Positions 30,142-45,247 of a stretch of DNA of 64,000 nucleotides are shown one piece after another (position 1 is the first letter of the stretch; the number at the start of each line of letters is the position of its first letter). The stretch comes from Syncephalis fuscata S228. Lineage: Eukaryota > Fungi > Zoopagomycota. The DNA lies in assembly GCA_025786725.1 (NCBI GenBank), contig JAHLTZ010000036.1:186001-250000 (forward strand), read 5' to 3'. The position numbers were made by a program, and so were the translations under genes. Under the pieces are notes generated by a model that saw nothing but the letters and a program-made list of their open reading frames with translations, searched no databases and was not told the origin of the DNA.

Positions 30142-32738
30142 GAATACTATTGGCTAGCGCACATCTAGTTTTAATGGTGCACTGTTTTTATAAAGGTAAT
30201 TAGCCATTAATATAAAATGATACGCAAGTAGTTATATAAGTAGTAAAATAATAGAAATAACAAATAAAAGGAGTGCAAAGTTTAAATTAAGGTGTATTGA
30301 ATAATGCATAGTATGATAAACAGCAACAGTGATACATAAGTACTATTATGTATGTAATATATAAATGTGCATGTAATAATCAAAAAAGGAAATGTTAATA
30401 AATGATTGCTTACCTATTCTAATACCGTTCGACGGGAGAAAAAGTTGGTGTAGACGGTTGATTGGTTGATAATGGGCACAAATGCTTGATCAATCTATAG
30501 AGTAATAATCAAAAAACAATGCACCACAATTCAGTGTGGGGCAGTAATTGGTAGTTTAGGAGACGATGTGGCGCGATAGGCCCACAAATTAAATTATTAA
30601 TAACGCAATGGATGCGAAGGGTAATAACGTCGAATGAAAGCGCGTGAAAAGATTAAGCAGTGCTGCAGGAAGGGATAAATGCGCAATTCGGACGCAGAGT
30701 TAATTGCGGGTGCAAGCAGACTGACATACACAGGAAAACGTGTCAAATAAATGATAATAATGATATTGGCGAGTGCACGACTAGTGAGAAGCTAAAGTTA
30801 ATAGTTATATTGACGTAGCACGCGTAATTGGCATCGCTTGATTTATACAATTAGAAAAAAGGGGCGTGGAAGTAAAGGACTGAACTGGTGTTGACACGTA
30901 GGTTCGCGTGGCCGGCAAAAGTTGCGGGACAGCCAGATGGACAAATATGCTACAACAAGGGAGAATTGAGCCGTTCAGGGTTGATTATTAGGGCGTGGCA
31001 GGATAACGGTTATTGCACGAGGCCAGGAGTACAAGGGTCGAGTGGGCCGCGTGCATGAGGTCGAACAGAGAACGAGCGAGTACGCGCCCTGACGACATTG
31101 GATAAAAAAGGGGGTGGGAAGACGTAGAAAGGCCGATGCGCCGTCGATAAGTAACAAGAGATACGCGAAACTTAAAGTGTAAATATTAAATGCTAGCTAG
31201 TTATAGTAATCAATGAATGAAGATGCATGATGCAGTGAGTGTGCGGGGAACTCTATTGCTGGGGTGGTTTGCTAGTAATTTAAGAGTACTTTTATCTTAT
31301 TATATCTAATAGAAAAGTAGCTTGTGCTGTCTGCATTTTACGCTGATGCAAGAAAACTATGTATTTAAATTTAAAAGTTTATTATCTAGGTGAATGAGTT
31401 AAAATGTTAATATTGCTAAAGTAGGAGTATTGGTAAAAATATATACTGTGAATTGGCCGACTTTGATAGCTAAATTATTTACTATTTTTGAGTTACGTAT
31501 ATATTAATAAATTGCTAATAGCATGTATAATAGAATAAAAGCACAAATTGTGTCACTAAAAATAATAGATATTACTAGCCAAATCATATCTGTTAATGAT
31601 ATCATATCTATATTAAAATTCGTCATCTATGAATATTAACCAGTTGGCTTGGCAAATGAACGTGGTTTATTAAAAAAAGGAACGGGCCAAGCCTTTAATT
31701 GCACTATCTGTTGGCTGGCTAAAAGGGTACACTTGTGATAATGATAAATATAAAACTATCCTTTAGCTTTTATTTATAAGCCATTAATAAAATTGTAATT
31801 ATACGCAGATAAAGGTAATTACATTTTAGAAACATTTATATAAAATAATAGTTTAGTACTAGTTATTTATATCGTTATCAAGTAATCAAATAATAAAAAC
31901 AATAATGATATTGGAACGATATCATTATTATTTGTGAAATACATACATAATTGCATAAAGTATACCAAAATTTAACTACAATGTTAATAAATGGTATATG
32001 TTTAGAAAGTGAAATGTTATAAAATAGGTGGCAAGTTGTGCAGTTAATATAAATGAATCTGCAATACTGTGATATAAAATATTAATACCACAGTAATGAA
32101 TGTAATAAAGATAGATGCCATTATTATAGTGCAACAATTTTGTTCCACTAGATTCAATTACTAGACATGTTATTGTGTAAACAAAATAAAGGAACGATTC
32201 TAAATAAAATTGAATGCATATGTCTATTAAGACTATCAGTTAAGCACATTTTATAGGAATATAGTGTTGGATACTTACACAGTGATTTAAAGCAAGCCTG
32301 AAGTTAAAAGAAACATAGTAGCAATAAAGCTAAGCAAGATGTGGGAGTCAGAAAGCGAAAAATGAAAGTTGCATTCAATCTACGCCTTTTTATAATAAAT
32401 TACGTTCATTGGTAAAATGGCGTGTATAGTAATAGTATTCATAAAGTATAACAAATATCATTTTGTTCCCAAATAAATTATTAATATAGAGCATGTTTAT
32501 TAGTGAAGCGATGAGTATAATAAGAATTATTATCATAGAGTATATAATTAGTATAGTTACAAATCAACAGCGATGAACTGTACAAGGTATAGCAACAGCA
32601 CATTAAACTATATAAATAAATGATACTATAATCGTTTGTTCATCATGTGTTTATTCAATTTGTCATATATACGTTTGCGAGGCCAGCCTAGCAATGTTAA
32701 TCTATCTACATTCATAGTTGTATAATTCGTTAAAATTA

Positions 32739-33389
32739 TTACTCTTCGTCCTTGCTACTTGTATCCTCGGAGTCATCTGTATTCTTGCCGCTTTTACCTT
32801 TGGATTCATCTTTATTCTTGCTATTTGAATCTTCAGAATCATTTTTATTCTTGCTGCTTTTACCCTTGGATTTGCCGCTTTTCTTGCTACTTTTCTTGGT
32901 GCTTGTATTCATATTGTCACCCAATGAAGCAGGGCAATCGACAAAACTCCACTTGGCAGCTAATTTACCATCTTTCTTTTTGGCTACTTTTGCAAAAGCA
33001 GCTGGACTAAGATCTATATGACCACTATTACATGCTAAGGATAATAATTAGTATTGTGTTTTTAAACTTAATAAAAAATACTTACATTCACACTTATCAA
33101 CAATTTTGACCACAACGCTACCAAGAGGTCCAGTGACTTTAGCACAGCGGCCGCACACGGATGAGTCTTCAGTATTTTTATCACTGCCAAAGTCGGATTC
33201 TCCTAAAGCTGCTACCATATCATTTTTACTGGAGGATACACCGCTACAGGCATCGTTACTTGGTGTATAATAGGTAATAATACCTCGTCGCTCAAAATGA
33301 TTGACTTGGAATGCTCGTGGATAATGTCTCTTGGCAGAGACAATCACAGCAAGACTGAAAAGGAATAAAGCAGAAAAAGTAATACGCAT
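32739..33389 (-). CDS. Secreted RlpA-like/DPBB (expansin/loosenin-like) protein, copy 1; ~64-aa K/S/D-rich tail
   Basis: Signal peptide, ...FERR|GIITYYTP..AC..DMVAAL..CGRCAKVTGPLGSVVVKIVDKCE|SCNSGHIDLSPAAF...WSFVDC; one short intron. Confidence 0.92.
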
Positions 33390-34667
33390 TTTGATGAATA
33401 AACTTTGTTAGTAAGTGTCGTTGTGTAGATAGTTATCCTGCTATCGTTGTTGTTGATTGTGGTGTTTTGTATTTGATTGCGGTACCCGCCCGACTGTTTT
33501 AATGAATTGTGTAAAAAGATGGTGGAGTTGTGATGATTTGGTCGCAATGATTGTATAATAGACGATGTTGTAAAGTGAATATATCGGCTTATACAACCTT
33601 TATTTAAATAGGAAAATCATATAGGCACTAAAGCGGTTGTTGCAACTATCGGATATGCCAATTTACGGGAATACTATTTAACATCTCCGTTAATGGCCCT
33701 ATTTTTCTTATTCTATTAATATTTCTTCACACGGCCCAATGTATTTATACTCCGTCGTTACTTAATTTAGTAATTTAATTATTGATCAGCTAATTAGACA
33801 CTTATCATACATATCCATATAATTACACAAAAATTGATAACGATATAGCTTTCAATAACATTCATTCAATGGTCTATTTTCTAACAATAATATTATTCAA
33901 AACGTGCTGCCATTTATTGGATAACGTTACTATTGCTGTTATATCGACAGGCCTCCTAGCCTGTGTATCATTACCATAACTGATGACATAAATTATCTAG
34001 CCCCTAATATTTACACTTGTAATAAATGTTTGTTATTCATACGTATGCAATATTTTTCATTTACACAAAATATAGGTATGTAACTAATTAGCGTTTATTA
34101 GCAAATAAATTAGTGATATTTTTACGTTATTTTACATATAATATATATTTGATAACTAGTATATTTTATGCAGCGTGTTCATCTCGGCTTGTTTAGAGCT
34201 GTTTTAAACTAACGCGTATCAATCGTTTCAGAATTACAAATTCATTTATAGGCATTTCTGTTTACAGCTAAATATATTTTCTAACTCGCACGATTGCTTT
34301 TTATTGCACTGCTATAAGCAGTTAATAAGCCATATCCATATCTTAAATAGTAACGCACAATAGCAATTATATCTATTACTACGTTCGTTGACACTATCGC
34401 TATTATTGCCAAGACATTGTCGATGATTTACGCAGTAATCAATCAGTATGTGCAAGTGGATCAGAACAGCGTAGCATTTTTTGTTTCCAAATAATGTATT
34501 TACATTACATTTACGGCTAGCATAAAAGCAAGTTTATTGATGCAGAGTGTAGACATGAATAGAACGCAGTGTAGTTTCATAAGCATTAGTATTAGAATGA
34601 AGGCACAGTAGTTATATATATCAAACATTTATTTGCGTTTGTTTCGGATTAGCACTTTCCATACCAA

Positions 34668-36358
<1,691 letters not shown>

Positions 36359-37240
36359 GATGAAGGAAGAGAAACGGGTATGAGGAGCAGAGGCGTCGAC
36401 ATCGGAGCCTTATTGCGGATGATTTCGGACCAAATTATATATATGTATAAATATTTCAGGTAGTTTAAATAGGTAATAAATAATAAAAATCATTTTACAC
36501 CAACAGTTAGTATATTATAGAATACATTATTGGTAAAATATAAAGAAATGGTTTATTTGTAGCAATTAATAAAATAGTAGCCACTTGTAAGACAAAGAGA
36601 CTTGCACGTCAGACACTGCCACACAAAATAATAATTCGGCACTAGTTTCAATTACTAGACATGTTATCGTGTAAACAAAATAAAGGAACGATTTTAAATA
36701 AAATTGAATGCATATGTCTATTAAGACTATCAGTTAAGCACATTTTATAGGAATATAATGTTGGATACTTACACAGTGATTTAAAGCAAGCCTGAAGTTA
36801 AAAGAAACATAGTAGCAATAAAGCTAAGCAAGATGTGGGAGTCAGAAAGCGAAAAATGAAAGTTGCATTCAATCTACGCCTTTTTATAATAAATTACGTT
36901 CATTGGTAAAATGGCGTGTATAGTAATAGTATTCATAAAGTATAACAAATATCATTTTGTTCCCAAATAAATTATTAATATAGAGCATGTTTATTAGTGA
37001 AGCGATGAGTATAATAAGAATTATTATCATAGAGTATATAATCAGTATAGTTACAAATCAACAGCGATGCATTGTACAAGGTATAGCAACAGCACATTAA
37101 ACTATATAAATAAATGAATACTATAATCGTTTGTTCATCATGTGTTTATTCAAATTTATTGTATTATATGCTTGTTAGTACTAACTCAACGCGCTAATGC
37201 ATCTACATTAGTTGCTATATAAGTTTCTAGAATCATTCTT

Positions 37241-37978
37241 TTATTTTTTGCCGCCAGCTTTTTTTTTGGAGTTACCATGGCTCTTGCCACCTTTATTTTG
37301 CTTGCTGCTATTGCTCTTATTGCCCTGATTGCTTTTCGAATTGCCAACGTTGTTACCTTTAGTTTTGCCGCTACCAGCATTTTTTATTCCGGTATTTTTG
37401 CCCTGTTTAATATTATATCCGTTTTCGGCAGTATCAGTATTGCCACTGGATTCACTGGCTTTTTGTTTTTAGCTGGAGAAGTTGATGCTAAGCTTTTGCC
37501 ACCACTTGACGAGCCAGAGCAGTCAACAAACTTCCATTGGGCAGTCAGTTTACCAGCGCTTTTTTTAGCCACTTTTTCAAAAGCAACTGGACTAAGATCT
37601 ACATGGCCACTGTTGCATGCTAAAGTAACAATTAGTATTGTATTTTTTAAACTTAATAAACAAATACTTACACGAACACATATCAACAATTTTGACCACA
37701 ACTTTACCAAGAGGTCCGGTAACTTCAACACAGCGGCCACATGTGGGTGATTTTTCGGTGTTGCCCCCATAATCGCCACCAAAATCGGATTTTGCTAAAG
37801 CAGCCACCATGTCACCTGAGCCGGAATTGCGACCACAGGCACCAAGTCCTGGCGTATAATAGGTAATAATACCTCGTCGCTCAAAATGATTGACTTGGAA
37901 TGCTCGTGGATAGTTTTTTTTGGCAGAGACAATCACAGCGAGACTGAAAAGGAATAAAGCAGAAAAAGTGACGCGCAT
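37241..37978 (-). CDS. Secreted RlpA-like/DPBB protein, copy 2; basic K/G/N/S tail
   Basis: Same exon/intron structure as copy 1 and near-identical to copy 3. A 1-nt deletion at ~37462 relative to copy 3 shifts the tail frame. Confidence 0.88.
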
Positions 37979-39008
37979 TTTGATGAATAAACTTTGTTTG
38001 TGAATGTTTTCGTATGGATAGTTATCCTATTGTTGTTGTTGTTAATGTGATGTATCGTAGTTAACTGCGGTGCCAGCCCGACTGTTTGTATGGGGTACGT
38101 AAAAAGATAATAGAGCGTTAGTGAATTGATCACTATAATTGTACTTGATGATGTTGTATAGTTTATTTGTCGGTCTATCAACCACCCTTTAAATACGAAA
38201 GTCGTATCGACGTTAAAACCATCCGTCACAGTGTCTCTTGAAACATGTATCCATCCATTTGGTGACGCCACCGTTGGCGTTTCACCAACAGGCCTCCTAG
38301 CCTGTGTATCATTACCATAACTGGTGACATAAATTATCTAGCCCCTAATATTTACACTTGTAATAAATGTTTGTTATTCATACGCATGGAATATTTTTCA
38401 TTTACACAAAATATAGGTATATAGCTAATTAGCGTTTATTAGCAAATAAATTAGTGATATTTTTACGTTATTTTACATATAATATATATTTGATAACTAG
38501 TATATTTTATGCAGCGTGTTCATCTCGGCTTGTTTAGAGCTGTTTTAAACTAACGCGTATCAATCGTTTCAGAATTACAAATTCATTTATAGGCATTTCT
38601 GTTTACAGCTAAATATATTTTCTAACTCGCACGATTGCTTTTTATTGCACTGCTATAAGCAGTTAATAAGCCATATCCATATCTTAAATAGTAACGCACA
38701 ATAGCAATTATATCTATTACTACGTTCGTTGACACTATCGCTATTATTGCCAAGACATTGTCGATGATTTACGCAGTAATCAATCAGTATGTGCAAGTGG
38801 ATCAGAACAGCGTAGCATTTTTTGTTTCCAAATAATGTATTTACATTACATTTACGGCTAACATAAAAGCAAGTTTATTGATGCAGAGTGTAGACATGAA
38901 TAGAACGCAGTGTAGTTTCATAAGCATTAGTATTAGAATGAAGGCACAGTAGTTATATATATCAAACATTTATTTGCGTTTGTTTCGGATTAGCACTTTC
39001 CATACCAA

Positions 39009-39205
39009 TTATTTGGTAACTTCGTACATAGCCTGAGCAAGATATTTGACGTTGTGCGAAGACACACCGGCAATTGAAATACGGCCATCCTTAGTCAAAT
39101 AGACATGATGATCACGCTTCAATACTTCAACTTGTTCGGGCTTCAAACCAGTGAAACAGAACATACCAATTTGGTCTTTGATATGGGACCAGTTAAGCTT
39201 GGAGC
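39009..39205 (-). pseudogene. Near-identical fragment of the AAT last exon
   Basis: Reads [20 protein letters not shown]...AMYEVTK* (one A>V change); truncated at 39205. Confidence 0.92.
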
Positions 39206-39224
39206 AAAAAATTGGCAACTAATC

Positions 39225-39293
39225 TCAATTGCCGGTGTGTCTTCGCACAACGTCAAATATCTTGCTCAGGCTATGTACGAAGTTACCAAATAA
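39225..39293 (+). pseudogene. Inverted short fragment of the AAT C-terminus
   Basis: Reads [22 protein letters not shown], followed by the AAT 3' flank. Confidence 0.92.
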
Positions 39294-40318
39294 TTGGTAT
39301 GGAAAGTGCTAATCCGAAACAAACGCAAATAAATGTTTGATATATATAACTACTGTGCCTTCATTCTAATACTAATGCTTATGAAACTACACTGCGTTCT
39401 ATTCATGTCTACACTCTGCATCAATAAACTTGCTTTTATGCTAGCCGTAAATGTAATGTAAATACATTATTTGGAAACAAAAAATGCTACGCTGTTCTGA
39501 TCCACTTGCACATACTGATTGATTACTGCGTAAATCATCGACAATGTCTTGGCAATAATAGCGATAGTGTCAACGAACGTAGTAATAGATATAATTGCTA
39601 TTGTGCGTTACTATTTAAGATATGGATATGGCTTATTAACTGCTTATAGCAGTGCAATAAAAAGCAATCGTGCGAGTTAGAAAATATATTTAGCTGTAAA
39701 CAGAAATGCCTATAAATGAATTTGTAATTCTGAAACGATTGATACGCGTTAGTTTAAAACAGCTCTAAACAAGCCGAGATGAACACGCTGCATAAAATAT
39801 ACTAGTTATCAAATATATATTATATGTAAAATAACGTAAAAATATCACTAATTTATTTGCTAATAAACGCTAATTAGTTACATACCTATATTTTGTGTAA
39901 ATGAAAAATATTGCATACGTATGAATAACAAACATTTATTACAAGTGTAAATATTAGGGGCTAGATAATTTATGTCATCAGTTATGGTAATGATACACAG
40001 GCTAGGAGGCCTGTCGATATAACAGCAATAGTAACGTTATCCAATAAATGGCAACACGTTTTGAATAATATTACAGAAAACACTTAACATTAATGCAACT
40101 ATCTTATTTAAATGAAGATCATAAATCGACGAATAAGCTTCACAACATTATTTAATATACAACCATAGCGACCAAGTCATTAAAATTATATTATTTTTTT
40201 ACGCATCTCATAGAAACAGTTAGGCAGGCGCCGCAGTTAACTACGAATATCATAATTAACAACAACGAAAAGACAATAACTCATAAAAAACATTCACTAA
40301 CAAAGTTTATTCATCAAA

Positions 40319-41055
40319 ATGCGTATTACTTTTTCTGCTTTATTCCTTTTCAGTCTCGCTGTGATTGTCTCTGCCAAAAAAACTATCCACGAGCATTCCA
40401 AGTCAATCATTTTGAGCGACGAGGTATTATTACCTATTATACGCCAGGACTTGGTGCCTGTGTCGCAATTCCGGCTCAGGTGACATGGTGGCTGCTTTAG
40501 CAAAATCCGATTTTGGTGGCAATTATGGAGGCAACACCGAAAAATCACCCACATGTGGCCGCTGTGTTGAAGTTACCGGACCTCTTGGTAAAGTTGTGGT
40601 CAAAATTGTTGATATGTGTTCGTGTAAGTATTTGTTTATTAAGTTTAAAAAATACAATACTAATTGTTACTTTAGCATGCAACAGTGGCCATGTAGATCT
40701 TAGTCCAGTTGCTTTTGAAAAAGTGGCTAAAAAAAGCGCTGGTAAACTGACTGCCCAATGGAAGTTTGTTGACTGCTCTGGCTCGTCAAGTGGTGGCAAA
40801 AGCTTAGCATCAACTTCTCCAGCTAAAAACAAAGAAGCCAGTGAATCCAGTGGCAATACTGATACTGCCGAAAACGGATATAATATTAAACAGGGCAAAA
40901 ATACCGGAATAAAAAATGCTGGTAGCGGCAAAACTAAAGGTAACAACGTTGGCAATTCGAAAAGCAATCAGGGCAATAAGAGCAATAGCAGCAAGCAAAA
41001 TAAAGGTGGCAAGAGCCATGGTAACTCCAAAAAAAAAGCTGGCGGCAAAAAATAA
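40319..41055 (+). CDS. Secreted RlpA-like/DPBB protein, copy 3; 92-aa basic tail
   Basis: ATG at 40319 (MRITFSALFLFSLAVIVSA). A 1-nt deletion at ~40462 relative to copy 2 (TGTGGTCGC vs TGTGTCGC); intron ~40624-40675. Confidence 0.88.
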
Positions 41056-41909
41056 AAGAATGATTCTAGAAACTTATATAGCAACTAATGTAGATGCATT
41101 AGCGCGTTGAGTTAGTACTAACAAGCATATAATACAATAAATTTGAATAAACACATGATGAACAAACGATTATAGTATTCATTTATTTATATAGTTTAAT
41201 GTGCTGTTGCTATACCTTGTACAATGCATCGCTGTTGATTTGTAACTATACTGATTATATGTTCTATAATAGTAATTACTATTACACGCCCTATTTTACT
41301 AATGGACATTTTACGAAAATGATTTATTTGAGACAAAATGATATTTGTTATATTTTATTGATTGCCATTATTATATTTGGCAATCGTAATTATTTAATTT
41401 TTCCTGTACTCAAAATTGTAATTTACATTTATGCAATATTCCAGTTACTGTTTGTTGCCTACATAGAAAAGGCTGTATAGTTGATTAATTAGTATTTATA
41501 ATAAAAACAAAATATTTAATATAACTCTCTGTATACACAATTATATACATGCATGCTTATTAGTGTTACTTTATTTCCATAGTAGCATTATAATACAGTA
41601 CACTAATCTTACTACTATGCTTACTATTTTGCCAATAATTATAATTTATTTTGACGTAACCTAAATTCATGCCATCTTTTTTTTTAAATCTGTATTCTTT
41701 CTCACGATTTTTATGTAAATGTTGATATTTTATTAGATTATATATGTATTATACAAGCAATAAAAATATCATGCAAATATCTATGCGCATATCCATTGTC
41801 AGTTGCTTAACAATAATTCAGGCAACTAATATTAGATTGCTGTGCGTGATTATAATTACTACAATATATTCAATTATTAGTAATGTGTCATATTTATTAA
41901 TATAAACAA

Positions 41910-42856
41910 TTATTTTAAAGTTTCAATTGAAGAAATACATAAAACGTGGCTGGTTTTTGGACGACACGATAAATCTGTAGTATTGCGCATACTATAGCAA
42001 TGGTTTGTCAACAATAATGATATAAGTAACCTGTACATAGACCTGTTAGAAATAGCATCAAATTATACTACAGAATTACTTACCAATCAATGAAAAAAAA
42101 CATTTCAGAAAAATCACCACTAGCGCTGATAATAACTACGGTTCCGCACGTAATATTACACAATATTGCTAAACACATTGTTTTTACACCGTCTTTTGTA
42201 AGCTTTCTCCAGGCATCAGATCCAAAAGCACAATACTGCTTGTAAGTAACATAGCAGAAAATTGCTGAAAAAAAGCTATTGATTGGTGTAGAGATGACAA
42301 GCCATAACCATGGAACAAATGTAGGATAGCTAAAAGCACAGCCTGCTTTGGCTTCCACAGTAATCGGACACAAAGTGATGACAATAAATATAATGCTAAG
42401 TTGCGGCAATATAAAAAAAATGCCCGCAACTACTACCCAGCGCTGACGAAGTGTTACTAAGTAGGCTTTCTGCAACATAATTGAACTGTTGCAAACGGTC
42501 GATATGGTAACACCAAGTGCTGCACACCACGCTGCCATACGGCAAGGCGGTCCATTAGAGTATAAATTGGCAGAAGTAATGAATACCGACCATGTTATGC
42601 CAGTTAGACATGGCACAAGACAGAGCCAGCCGGACATAATACCTGGGCGTGACACCACCATACGAATGGCCAGGTTGAAATTCCGTATAAAAAGAAAACC
42701 AAATATCATACCAAACACCAGTTGGTGCTTCAAGCCTACCATCCGTTCCCGCACAAGTGTTATATTAGTTGGATCTTCTAATACAAAATCAACAATAGGC
42801 ATTTCGCCCAGCGGATGTAAAGGTACGCCAAGGAATTGAGTAGCATTTCTCGCCAT
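41910..42856 (-). CDS. Uncharacterised polytopic (about 7-TM, GPCR-like) membrane protein, 2 exons
   Basis: About seven hydrophobic segments, with Cys in putative extracellular loops (PPCR, AGCAFSYP). Exon 2 reads LLISLLLTNHCYSMR...PKTSHVLCISSIETLK*. Confidence 0.75.
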
Positions 42857-43936
42857 TCAGCTCCTAAACGCTGATTATCAACATCGACTGGCATTGTGCT
42901 AGTACTGGATTCTATCTACTAAATATTAAAACAAAATTAAAAGAGATTATAGAAAATGGGGAATTAATTATACAAGGATTAATACTAAATACAGGTAGTT
43001 GTAGCGGCAAGTCGACTAAAAAGGCAAGTGATGGGTATGCAATATTGCATGCAAGTGTCTAGTTAAACAAAGACTACAAATGGCTATAAACAATTAAACA
43101 ATAGCAAGTACATCAACGTTTTTCAATTATATAAATGTATGTTAGAATGACAGGAAAAATAGCGTTTAGAATTACTTGATAATGCAGCGTAATTAAAAGG
43201 AAGCTGGTCTATCACGTTCCACATGGCATTGTGCCATATGTTGTTTTCGAGGCAGCTGTGATGGTTCCACAAAGGATTTACACCAGTTAAGCAGTATCTC
43301 ACTTCCAAAAAGCAGGAGCAACACTGGTCTCAAGTTCACGCACATGCAGCGGTATCACCCGTTAGCAATGGCAAGTTTTACCGGTCATTTCTCAATCGAA
43401 CAATGGCCTTTTGAATTATTGCTATGCTGTGTAAGTAAAACCGCATCGGAAATTAACGGCCAATACTAGCTACTAATCCAGTCAATAAGTCTATTATATA
43501 CGTCGCATAACAACTAATACGCTTTTCTATTAAAAAATCAAACGCTAATCATCAGCTTTAGCCTATATCTATTATTACTGAAGTGCTCGTTTTATTACTT
43601 CCATGCAATTATTTATTCTCGATAATAACACATTGTGCAGTCTACATAATTCTCATCGGTAAATATTGTAAAGTTATCCAGCCTGATATTGCTGCATGTA
43701 AATGCATGGATGATACTCGTGACCACTACACATGAAGTAACGCCTAGACCTGTGCTGCACTAGTGTTAAAGTCTCCGTATGAATACATACACGTTGATAC
43801 ATTCTATTTTTATATCACAAAAGTAGGTTAAATCACCACACTACTACTATATATAAACACTTTTACTTCATCAACTCTACTATGGTTACATGTAATATAT
43901 CAATAATAATCATTATTATTAAAATTATTATTAAAA

Positions 43937-44919
43937 TTATGCCTTTGAGTCCCTAGACACATATTCAATATTTTCTAAATCTACCACTACACGATCACCA
44001 ACTTTTATAAACTCGGGCACAGATAAACGTACTTTACCGCCTGCAACATAAGCGGTCTTGTAGCTGACGCCCTTTGATGCTTGACCGGCCGCAGGTTCAT
44101 CACGATCAATTGTGTAAATATGAGTTTTTGGCAATCGATATAGAATTGGCTGATCTGTTTCCAGTATTTGCACACTTATTATCATACCGTCTATTGACAT
44201 AATTAATCTAATAATAAGTGCACTGCATCAATGCTGTAATAGTTAACAATAACTTACCTTCAAGCAAATCCAAATGTTTTTCGCTGCCTATCAGTTAATT
44301 ACAACGATCGTTAGCATTGCTATTACCAATGGCTGTCAAGCATTTATTCATACCATCGATTGCATTTAGATCCATTTCTAGTTCCTCGTAAGTTTCCGAG
44401 TTTAAAAGTAAGCCCGATTCTTTCTTGAATACAGATACTGATGATCCTCAGTACGTAAATGAAGCACTATCCAATTTTCATTAACACAGTACTTATTCAA
44501 TAGCGCCTCCTTACCTTCTACTGTATCGCCTGGATTAAAGCGTTCCGTTTGTCTTCCGCCATTAATTGGGTCTTTCATTTCAATCTACGGTATAGTGTTT
44601 AAGCGACAGTTACTTTAACTGATACCGCCTTACCTTAATCACTGCACCGCCACGTCCAGTTTTACCATGATCGCGTTTGGTAACAAGCCAGATCTTGGAA
44701 CGAAAATCTAATACTTGGCCGCGTCGAACCTGGTTGACAGACGTACGAATCTCACGACACAAGGTCTTTAAGTTTACGCGATAGTTAGTAAGGCGGACAA
44801 CAATGACAATTACTTACCTTGGGTCCAAGTATAGAGGTCGCAAGTCTTGGTCGTAACTGAGGAATAGACGACGCTTTGTTCGACCTTATGCCACGCAAGC
44901 TATTTAGAAATAAAGCCAT
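43937..44919 (-). CDS. efp: Bacterial-type translation elongation factor P with putative mitochondrial presequence, 6 exons
   Basis: Spliced product MALFLNSLRGIRSNK...|...NQVRRGQVLDFRSKIWLVTKRDHGKTGRGGAVIK|IEMKDPINGGRQTERFNPGDTVE|...HQYLYS..LLNSETYEELEM|...LLE|DGMIISV...YRLP...VPEFIKVGDRVVVDLENIEYVSR. Apparent 1-nt deletion at ~44425. Confidence 0.9.
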
Positions 44920-45247
44920 AGTGTTACTTTTATCACTATTGACGTGTAAATAGAAAATAGTGAAAGAAAGGAACAAAAGCAATATACACTTAAAGCCACA
45001 CAAAATAGTTAGTATTAGTAATATTTGGTCATTTATTTTAAATATTTAATATTATTTGTTCTAATAATATATCGGTCTAGTAACTAATCAACGTATAAGC
45101 ATGTCAGTGCACCACATATAAAATAGATACGCGGCTCATTAAGTATAATGTAATAATATATACAAATAAAACATTATTATTAAGGCCACAGATGAAATCA
45201 ATGAGTATCTGACATTATTCTTTTTATTCTATCTTTCTTTTTAGCTC

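Larger units (their letters stand above)
37036..41260. repeat. ~4.2-kb quasi-palindrome (inverted duplication) carrying two divergent RlpA-like genes
   Basis: Inner arms 38288-39077 and 39225-40014 (790 bp each, near-identical) flank a 147-bp spacer. Outer arms ~37036-38010 and ~40287-41260 are near-identical, and a ~280-bp diverged segment lies between inner and outer arms. Confidence 0.93.

Noticed and set aside
37933-38271. Duplicated ORF MASPNGWIHV... (also 61623-61877)
   Set aside because: It starts at a non-ATG codon, the two copies diverge in frame, and it is absent from the other units. It is conserved only because the promoter was recently copied.
43937-44919. EF-P as bacterial contamination or recent horizontal transfer
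   Set aside because: It has five spliceosomal introns, a presequence and host-like base composition.
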